A stretch of DNA of 53,797 nt from a virus (Duplodnaviria; Caudoviricetes), in the IMG/VR virus record IMGVR_UViG_3300020469_003502, positions 1 to 53,797 of that record. One strand, written 5' to 3'. A model generated the notes under the pieces. The model made no database searches, was not told the DNA's origin, and worked only from the letters and a program-made list of their open reading frames with translations. The position numbers and the translations under genes are program-made. Positions 46,819-53,797 of the stretch are shown here, in pieces; position 1 is the stretch's first letter; every line of letters begins with the position of its first letter.

Positions 46819-49106
46819 TAGGAGGCGGTCGTTGGGCTAAAATAATTCAACGTGTTGCCAAAAACAATAGAATACAAACACAAATCTACAGTCGCAATCC
46901 TGACTTACCCACAGTGACTAAGTTAGAAGATTTGCGTAGCGGTTACTGTTGGATAGCCAATCAACCTGACGATCATTTTACAAGTGTAGTACACTGTTTG
47001 TCGTTGGATAAACATGTTCTAGTAGAAAAGCCAATAGTAAGAACTGTACTAGAACACAACAAGCTAGTGAAACTTGCCAAACAACTTAACCTAAATTTAA
47101 TTGTTGGCTTGGAATTAGAATATAGTAATACAATAAATGATATCGCAAGTCAAGTAGAAAATCCTAAAAAGATTGAAATAGTATGGAATAGTAAAAATAA
47201 TACTCAACGGCATGGCGAACAATATGTAAGCGATCCTACAATTAGTGTATTTGAAGATATTACACCTCATGTACTAACAGTATTACGCAAGATTGTCAAG
47301 AGCGAAACGGCAGTATTAAAAACAATTATACACAATGAAACTGGTATTGAATATACAATGCAGTTTGGTGATGCAAGCGTTGATGTTACACTAAAGCGTG
47401 ATGTAGAAAATACCAGAACTATAACTGTAGATGGTGTTGAATATGATTTCAGTACTGATGATGGTAAAAGTTTAGATAGACAATTGGAAGCATTTTACCG
47501 AGGCGATACAGTAAACAGTGCAGAGAACACCATCTGGATTACACGATTTATTGAAAAAGGCTGTCGACAACTAATACCACAACACCACGACATAGTTAGA
47601 TTCAATGATACATTTACTGCTAAAGAAATAGTAGCGTTATACACCAGCAAATCAATTATTGATTGTGGACTTGCTGTGAGTAGATATGATCCTCAATTGA
47701 TGATTGCTGTAGAACAAATATACACAATTATAAAATGTTACAGTGCCGATCCATTTGTTACACAACAATATATACAACAACAATTAAATGTCAATCGAAA
47801 AAGATTAATTCAATTGAATCAAGTTATAAAAAACACAGAGTTTATTCAAACTTGTATTACAGATGACATACGCAATCAACAGTACTGGCACAACACTATT
47901 ATACCTCTGAGTCAGAGTGGTACAATCCGTAATGTGCTCAATAATGAATACAGTTATCCGCACAGGGTAGGACTACACATTGGACAAAGCTGTATGTTTT
48001 GGTGTAGTTTTTGTGGTCGCAACATGGATACAAATGCCGCTTACAAAAAGACTGAACTAAAAGCTACAACACCTGACATTGTAAATCTGATAAAAACAGC
48101 CCCCAACGATGATCCCTATAGGTTTTATTTGAGTGGAGGATTGGAAACACTTACTAATCCTGACTTGATGAAATTGATTAGTGCAGGTTATGACAGAGGC
48201 TTTAAGTTTAGTCTGTATACAAATGGATTTATGCTTACTGAAAAGTTTGTTGAAGCTAATCAAGACTTGTTTAAACTTGAAGTATTGCGTATAAGTTTAT
48301 ATGGAAGCAATCAACAGGTATATGAACAAATAACCAAACATAAAAAAGGATTTGAACGTGTTAAACAAAATGCAATTGACTTCTTACGCTATAAGAAAAA
48401 ACACAATAAAAAACTAAGGTTTGGATTTAATTATATTATTTTACCAGGATTAGAACAAGACTTTTTAGAAGTAATTGATCTAATAGAAGAAATAAATCGC
48501 ACAGCAGGTGATCAAATTGATTTTATTACACTCAGAGAAAACTTTCAAACGCCCAATGAACTGGATACGTTTGGTGATAGAACAAAAATAAAACAAGTAT
48601 TCGCAGAGGTTGAAAAACGTAGAAACAGTGAGCATTTAAACCGTTTGCACATAGATTATGGTTATGCACTAAACGCATTAAGCAGAGGCATTGATGCTCC
48701 CACTATGCATTGTATTACAGAAGAACAGATGCTACCCAAAGGCTTTCCACAAGTAGACTTGGTAGTAGATGCATATGGTTTGGTTTATTTGTGCAGAGAA
48801 GCAGGGTTCTTAGACAGACCAGGTAATGATAGATACATAATTGGTAAGTTATCTGAAACTGACAGTTTAGAAAGTATAGTACGCAATTGGATACGCAACG
48901 GAAAACCTGTAGATATTCAAAAAGGTGATACAGAATTTATGGACAGCTATGAACACATAATTAGTTTGATGCTGAACCAATCGAACAGTGACCAACAACA
49001 TGGCATACCAGAACAATTAGGGCCAATACTTGCAAAAGCACAAGCTACGGATACAGTCAGTGTGCAAGCATTTTATCAAGGAGATCCAAATGCCAAAGTC
49101 AATTGA
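46800..49106 (+). CDS. desII: Fusion of a Gfo/Idh/MocA oxidoreductase and a DesII-like radical SAM NDP-4-amino-4,6-dideoxyglucose ammonia-lyase
   Basis: N-terminal GIVGGGRWA and HVLVEKP. C-terminal YWHNTIIPL, CMFWCSFC, SGGLETLTNP, RISLYG, DYGYAL and VYLCREAGF match DesII as recalled. TTG 46800 follows GGAG. Confidence 0.85.
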   Translation: MHTLGIVGGGRWAKIIQRVAKNNRIQTQIYSRNPDLPTVTKLEDLRSGYCWIANQPDDHFTSVVHCLSLDKHVLVEKPIVRTVLEHNKLVKLAKQLNLNLIVGLELEYSNTINDIASQVENPKKIEIVWNSKNNTQRHGEQYVSDPTISVFEDITPHVLTVLRKIVKSETAVLKTIIHNETGIEYTMQFGDASVDVTLKRDVENTRTITVDGVEYDFSTDDGKSLDRQLEAFYRGDTVNSAENTIWITRFIEKGCRQLIPQHHDIVRFNDTFTAKEIVALYTSKSIIDCGLAVSRYDPQLMIAVEQIYTIIKCYSADPFVTQQYIQQQLNVNRKRLIQLNQVIKNTEFIQTCITDDIRNQQYWHNTIIPLSQSGTIRNVLNNEYSYPHRVGLHIGQSCMFWCSFCGRNMDTNAAYKKTELKATTPDIVNLIKTAPNDDPYRFYLSGGLETLTNPDLMKLISAGYDRGFKFSLYTNGFMLTEKFVEANQDLFKLEVLRISLYGSNQQVYEQITKHKKGFERVKQNAIDFLRYKKKHNKKLRFGFNYIILPGLEQDFLEVIDLIEEINRTAGDQIDFITLRENFQTPNELDTFGDRTKIKQVFAEVEKRRNSEHLNRLHIDYGYALNALSRGIDAPTMHCITEEQMLPKGFPQVDLVVDAYGLVYLCREAGFLDRPGNDRYIIGKLSETDSLESIVRNWIRNGKPVDIQKGDTEFMDSYEHIISLMLNQSNSDQQHGIPEQLGPILAKAQATDTVSVQAFYQGDPNAKVN

Positions 49107-49836
49107 AGACTATTGTCGCAATCTAACATACGGAACTGACACAGTATTTTGGTGCATGGGCGATGAAACAGTATTACCATTGACAATGAACTGGGTTGAA
49201 AACTGTAAACAGTTGGGTATAAATTTATTATATGTAGCATTGGATCTGCAGAGTTATCATGTTATGCAGAGCCGTGTGCCTACAGTACACATACCACAAG
49301 GCAACCACCATGTGTTTGTGTATAAATTTATTGTAGGACAACAGATCATGCAGTGTGGATTAAATTGGTTTTATACTGATGTTGATTGTGTAGCAAGACG
49401 AGATTTTACTGTTGGCATAAGAGAAATATTTAAAACAAAAACTGATATGGTGTGTCAAAGTGTAAAACAATATGCATGGTTAGGTGATCCAATTGATGCA
49501 CACAGTGAATACAACTGTGGTACAGGTATGTTTGGTATGAGATGCAAAACAGAAAATATTGCAATATGTGAAACAGATTATCTATATGCAAACGGCTATG
49601 ACAGTACCTGCCAAAAATTTGCCAACACACACCTAAAACATTTATCGAACAACTATATTACACTATTAGATCCTATACAGTTTCCCACTGGACATAACTT
49701 TGATATTAATGCTGACTGGAAAGTATTTCATGTAACTGGTAAGTATGCTTATGAGGATTGGGATAATACAAAAGAATACTTGGGTGATAGTGCTAAGATA
49801 GCAAGTTTAAAGCAGTTAGGACTTTGGTACCAATGA
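49090..49836 (+). CDS. Nucleotide-diphospho-sugar transferase (GT77-like)
   Basis: NW..NC, YVALD, FYTDVD, CGTGMF, LLDPIQFP.G, FH. Confidence 0.7.
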   Translation: MPKSIEDYCRNLTYGTDTVFWCMGDETVLPLTMNWVENCKQLGINLLYVALDLQSYHVMQSRVPTVHIPQGNHHVFVYKFIVGQQIMQCGLNWFYTDVDCVARRDFTVGIREIFKTKTDMVCQSVKQYAWLGDPIDAHSEYNCGTGMFGMRCKTENIAICETDYLYANGYDSTCQKFANTHLKHLSNNYITLLDPIQFPTGHNFDINADWKVFHVTGKYAYEDWDNTKEYLGDSAKIASLKQLGLWYQ

Positions 49837-50777
49837 CAATACTAGTAACAGGAGCCGCAGGCTTATTGGGCACAGAACTGTGTAGGCAACTGCTAGCACA
49901 AGGTGAAACTGTATATGCAGTTGATAACTTTTATACTGGTTCGAAATCAAATATAGAACAATTCAAAGGAAGAAATGGGTTTTACTTTGTTGAGCATGAT
50001 ATCAGAGATCCTTACCAATGGAACAATCCCATGGGCATGTTTGATCCACTCAAACAAGTGTATAATCTAGCTTGTCCAGCTAGTCCTGTACACTATCAAA
50101 CAGATCCATGGAATACACTAATGACAAATATTGATGGTGTACGCAATATGCTTGAATTATGTAAACAACACAATTTAAGAATGTTACAAGCAAGTACCAG
50201 CGAAGTATATGGCGACCCACTTGAAAATCCACAAAATGAAAAATATTGGGGTAATGTAAATCCGTTAGGTCCACGTGCTTGTTATGATGAAGGCAAGCGT
50301 GTAGCAGAAACCATGTGTACTATTAGCAGTGTAGATACTTGTATTGCTAGAATATTCAATACATTTGGTCCACACATGGCATTGAATGATGGTAGAGCTG
50401 TTAGTAACTTTATTATACAAGCAATACAAAATCAACCAATTACTGTACACGGCGATGGCAAACAAACTAGAAGTTTTTGTTATGTAACTGACACTGTGAA
50501 AGGACTAATTGCTCTTATGAACAGTGATAACAAAGGACCAATTAATATTGGTAATATAAAAGAAGTAACACTACTACAACTAGCAAAAGAAATAATAGAA
50601 CTAGCTGACAGCGACAGTGAAATTATCCATACAGACAGTGCAGTAGATGATCCACACCAACGTTGCCCAGATATATATCATGCAATAACTAAACTGGGTT
50701 GGGCACCCGATGTTGACAGACGAACTGGACTTAAATATACTATAGACTATGTGAGGAAACAACTATGCGATGGTTAA
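49833..50777 (+). CDS. uxs: UDP-glucuronic acid decarboxylase (UDP-xylose synthase)
   Basis: TGAAGLLG, LACPASPVHYQ, STSEVYGDP, YWGNVNP.GPRACYDEGKR, DGRAVSNF, QTRSFCYV. Confidence 0.92.
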   Translation: MTILVTGAAGLLGTELCRQLLAQGETVYAVDNFYTGSKSNIEQFKGRNGFYFVEHDIRDPYQWNNPMGMFDPLKQVYNLACPASPVHYQTDPWNTLMTNIDGVRNMLELCKQHNLRMLQASTSEVYGDPLENPQNEKYWGNVNPLGPRACYDEGKRVAETMCTISSVDTCIARIFNTFGPHMALNDGRAVSNFIIQAIQNQPITVHGDGKQTRSFCYVTDTVKGLIALMNSDNKGPINIGNIKEVTLLQLAKEIIELADSDSEIIHTDSAVDDPHQRCPDIYHAITKLGWAPDVDRRTGLKYTIDYVRKQLCDG

Positions 50778-50878
50778 TTAATTTTATATTATCACCTTGG
50801 CGCAAGTATAAACTATACAAGTGGCGTAAACAAAAAATAAAAGAATTAAAAGACAAAGATCCTTTTATATACGAGTAG
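50765..50878 (+). CDS. Small basic 37-aa protein, below the ORF-track cutoff
   Basis: GAGG RBS; MRWLINFILSPWRKYKLYKWRKQKIKELKDKDPFIYE; fills the gap before the next promoter exactly. Confidence 0.65.
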   Translation: MRWLINFILSPWRKYKLYKWRKQKIKELKDKDPFIYE

Positions 50879-50907
50879 TTGACAAACAGTTGAATGTTTG
50901 CTATAAT
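50879..50907 (+). promoter_or_regulatory. Perfect sigma70 consensus promoter
   Basis: TTGACA 50879-50884, 17-bp spacer, TATAAT 50902-50907. Confidence 0.85.
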
Positions 50908-50928
50908 AAAATAATTACGGAGTCTAAT

Positions 50929-51633
50929 TTGTTAGATGTTGTACAAATCAGTTATCATGAAACGTTTGCTGATGATAACTTTGAGATATTAAAGATGTTT
51001 GCACCTCATGCCAAGCGTGTACAGGGTGTTGAAGGCATCTTTGCGGCACACAAAGCCGCGGCTGAAATAGCAGAGACCAGTCATTTTTATGTAATTGATG
51101 CTGATGCAGTTATGGACGAAGAGTTTAGTTTTAGATTTAAACCTGAATCAAACAAGTTTGTATATGAAACTGTACCAGAGACAGACTGTGTATTTGTGTG
51201 GCGTAGTCGAAATCCCATCAATGATTTATTATATGGCTATGGCGGAGCAAAACTGTTTCCTAGAAAGAAACTATTAGAAGCAGAGGATTGGAATGTAGAT
51301 ATGACCACTACAATAGGTTGTACATTTGTTCCCAAATTTCAAATTAGTAATATTACAGCATTCAACACCAGCGAGTTTGAAACTTGGAAAAGTGCTTTCA
51401 GAGAGTGTACCAAGTTAGCCAGTAGTATAATACCAAATGGTGATAGTATAGATAATATATATAGATTAAAAGTTTGGCAAGAGCGAGGTGCTAAAAGACC
51501 ATATGGTGAGTATTGTATACTAGGTGCAAAACAAGGTGCTGACTTTGGCACAGCATATAGAAACAAACCACATGTACTTACTAAAATAAATGACTTTGAT
51601 TGGTTAAAGGAAACATTCAATGACGCAGTCTAA
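50929..51633 (+). CDS. GT-A glycosyltransferase-like protein, paralog of 28410..29390
   Basis: DVVQISYHE, AHKAAA, VIDADA, YGYGG.KL, WKSAFREC. TTG 50929 follows GGAG, downstream of the promoter. Confidence 0.7.
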   Translation: MLDVVQISYHETFADDNFEILKMFAPHAKRVQGVEGIFAAHKAAAEIAETSHFYVIDADAVMDEEFSFRFKPESNKFVYETVPETDCVFVWRSRNPINDLLYGYGGAKLFPRKKLLEAEDWNVDMTTTIGCTFVPKFQISNITAFNTSEFETWKSAFRECTKLASSIIPNGDSIDNIYRLKVWQERGAKRPYGEYCILGAKQGADFGTAYRNKPHVLTKINDFDWLKETFNDAV

Positions 51634-52666
51634 TAATGATTATAAAGATTTTAAAAATGTTCCAGATGATGAACAGTATAAGCTATATCATGAAAGAATT
51701 ACTAAAGATTCTAAAGCTACTATGTCAGAGGATGGAACTCATATGGTTAATTCTGAGTTAGGAAAAAATCTACATTGGATGCATGGACTAGAAGAGTACT
51801 TGGAATATATTGACCACAAACAAAAGGAAAAATATCATGTATTAAAACGTGCAGTGATGTATGGAAATATATGGTATATAAAAGAAATAATCAGAGATGA
51901 AATTTATAGGGGCGACACAGACCTAACAGATGAATTTTTAAATATTATTCTTGCACACTACACAGGCTATGAACACATAAATCACAGAAAAGCACTACAG
52001 TATGTGGCTCACTGTATTGATAGTGACTATATAAGAAAAATTAGCAGTTGGGCTATAACTTGGCAGTATAGAGCTAACCTCAATGACCACTTTAGTAGAG
52101 GTCAAATGAAAAGTAAATTATGGCTATTAGAAGAAATGAAAAATATTATACCAAATCTTTATCTGGGCACAGTTGTACACTATGGTGGCTGGTATGCTAC
52201 AGTAGCAAAACATTTATTTGAACAATTTAAAATAAGACAGTATTACAATTTAGAGCTTGATCCTGATTGCATAGAAATTGCAGATGCCTTTAACTATGAA
52301 CAGTACTATGATAAATGGCGTTATAAAACTGTTGAAAAAGATTGTGGTGTTGTACAATACAATGCCAATGGTGAGTTTGATGTTGAAATTGAAAATGCAA
52401 ACAAGCAAAAAATAGTAACTACTGTTAAACCTGACATTATAATTAACACAAGTTGTGAACACATGAATGAAGATTGGTTCCATAATTTACCTGATGGTAT
52501 GTTGGTATGTTTGCAAACAAATGATTACTTTAGCAACGAACAGCATGTAAATTGTGTAAGCGGTATAAATGAAGCAAAAGCCAAGTACCCAATGAAAGAA
52601 GTGTTGTATGAAGGTGAGATAGATACACACTTATACAATAGGTTTATGTTAATAGGTGAAAAATGA
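51620..52666 (+). CDS. Class I SAM-dependent methyltransferase-like protein
   Basis: GQMKSKLWL, HYGGWY, LELDP, DIIINTSCEH. Confidence 0.6.
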   Translation: MTQSNNDYKDFKNVPDDEQYKLYHERITKDSKATMSEDGTHMVNSELGKNLHWMHGLEEYLEYIDHKQKEKYHVLKRAVMYGNIWYIKEIIRDEIYRGDTDLTDEFLNIILAHYTGYEHINHRKALQYVAHCIDSDYIRKISSWAITWQYRANLNDHFSRGQMKSKLWLLEEMKNIIPNLYLGTVVHYGGWYATVAKHLFEQFKIRQYYNLELDPDCIEIADAFNYEQYYDKWRYKTVEKDCGVVQYNANGEFDVEIENANKQKIVTTVKPDIIINTSCEHMNEDWFHNLPDGMLVCLQTNDYFSNEQHVNCVSGINEAKAKYPMKEVLYEGEIDTHLYNRFMLIGEK

Positions 52667-52884
52667 TAGAACAACTATCATTGCGTGAATTGCAAAAAGA
52701 ATCAGCAAGGGCATTGGCTACAATGCAAGCAACAAATAATAACATACATATGTTTAATAAGAAAGCACATCATAATAGTCAATTATGGTACAGTGCAGTA
52801 ATAGAATGGTATGTAAATACGTATGGAGATTTACCTAGCAAAATAAGTCCAGGTAAAGAAATCAAATTGATTATGGAGGATTAA
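52663..52884 (+). CDS. Hypothetical protein
   Basis: ATGA-coupled 73-aa ORF with AGGTG RBS. Confidence 0.6.
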   Translation: MIEQLSLRELQKESARALATMQATNNNIHMFNKKAHHNSQLWYSAVIEWYVNTYGDLPSKISPGKEIKLIMED

Positions 52885-53559
52885 ATGTTATTTGAAAACT
52901 CACAAGATAATTGGGAGATTGATCTCCCGGAGAATATGAAAACCCTGGGATTGAAAATCAGTGGAGGTGCTGACAGTGCAATAGTTTGTTACATGGTTGC
53001 GAAGTATGTAACTGAAGAAAGACCTGACATAACCATTCATCCCATTACTGCGGTAGCAAGTACCAAACCATTTCAACAGATATTTGCAGACAAAGTATTA
53101 CGCAAAGTAGAATCACTAACAGGCATTGAATTTGCACCGCACCAATATAGGACAATTGATAGTACTACAGTTGAAAACTATATCAATCAACAAGCAGATC
53201 TTGTCAATGATGTTTATGCAAGTCAAGGCTTGCAAAAGCATTTCTCTGGTTTAACTGCTAATCCAACAGCTGAAGACGCTCCTGAACTTTATGATGGTAC
53301 GCATGCACTACCTGGCAGTTTTGGTCCAAATGATACTGACAGGAGTAAAGGTATAGAAAAGAAATCCAATACATTTAGACCTTTAATAAATGTTGACAAA
53401 AAAGGTGTTGCTGAACACTACGTTAGATTGAGTGTATTAGAAGAACTATTTCCATTGACCCGTAGTTGTGAAAAAGATAACGTGTATACATTTGAAGAAC
53501 ACTGCGGAGACTGTTGGTTTTGTAGAGAACGCAAATGGGGATTCGGAAGATTAATATAA
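52885..53559 (+). CDS. QueC-like PP-loop ATP pyrophosphatase with Zn motif
   Basis: ISGGADS PP-loop, RPLINVDK, TRSC...HCGDCWFCRER. Confidence 0.75.
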   Translation: MLFENSQDNWEIDLPENMKTLGLKISGGADSAIVCYMVAKYVTEERPDITIHPITAVASTKPFQQIFADKVLRKVESLTGIEFAPHQYRTIDSTTVENYINQQADLVNDVYASQGLQKHFSGLTANPTAEDAPELYDGTHALPGSFGPNDTDRSKGIEKKSNTFRPLINVDKKGVAEHYVRLSVLEELFPLTRSCEKDNVYTFEEHCGDCWFCRERKWGFGRLI

Positions 53560-53797
53560 TTGAAACACTTAAAAGTAAAATTGAATTAAATCAATCCAGT
53601 GTTGTTAAGCAATTTAGATCATTAGTAATTGCAAATCCCAAGACTTGGCTAAAACATTATCAATCATTATGTGAACTTAATCCACACCTTGTTAAAGTAT
53701 ACAACATTAATGAACAAGGCACAGAGATTGTAATGGAAAATCTTGGCAAGATTATTACAATAGAAGACTTACTCAAAGATGCAAACTATTTTAAACT
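53535..53797 (+). CDS. Protein-kinase-like (APH/choline kinase-type) protein, 3'-truncated
   Basis: Manual translation MGIRKINIIETLKSKIELNQSSVVKQF...NPHLVKVY...IVMENL, open to the window end. Only the N-lobe is visible. Confidence 0.45.
   Translation, partial: MGIRKINIIETLKSKIELNQSSVVKQFRSLVIANPKTWLKHYQSLCELNPHLVKVYNINEQGTEIVMENLGKIITIEDLLKDANYFK

Noticed and set aside
50890-50928. ORF-track N-terminal extension of the GT gene
   Set aside because: Overlaps the consensus promoter; TTG 50929 has an RBS and aligns with the paralog's start.
25680-53797. Host LPS/capsule locus, i.e. a prophage-host boundary
   Set aside because: No flippase, polymerase, exporter, integrase or att site; composition and tight gene packing are continuous with the phage genes.
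1-53797. CRISPR array, tRNAs, DGR/reverse transcriptase, IS elements, stop-codon recoding, intrinsic terminators
   Set aside because: None recognisable by eye; intergenic gaps are tiny and ORFs tile fully under the standard code.

Overview
AT-rich segment of a large (jumbo-type) T4-related myophage genome. All genes lie on the + strand except a partial gp55-like late sigma factor at the left edge. The left half (0.7-25.3 kb) is a late structural operon with TATAAATA-type promoters: HxGH nucleotidyltransferase, putative tube initiator, gp53 LysM wedge, a hub protein carrying a peptidase-M15 domain, gp5-like spike, degenerate lysozyme, gp25, gp6, a 3756-aa giant baseplate-associated protein and fibre-type proteins. 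The right half (25.3-53.8 kb, open-ended) is a tightly packed cluster of about 30 genes for glycan synthesis and tailoring. It holds 5 GT-A glycosyltransferase-like genes, 7 radical SAM enzymes, 3 sulfotransferase-like genes, an APS kinase plus a small HxGH nucleotidyltransferase, 3 methyltransferases, 2 SGNH proteins, a carbamoyltransferase, UDP-xylose synthase, a PLP enzyme, a QueC-like protein and a kinase-like fragment. The most striking gene encodes a Gfo/Idh/MocA oxidoreductase fused to a clear homolog of the desosamine-pathway radical SAM deaminase DesII. The working hypothesis is a phage-encoded system that builds a heavily decorated glycan, possibly on the virion. All calls come from motif recognition by eye; no database searches were run.
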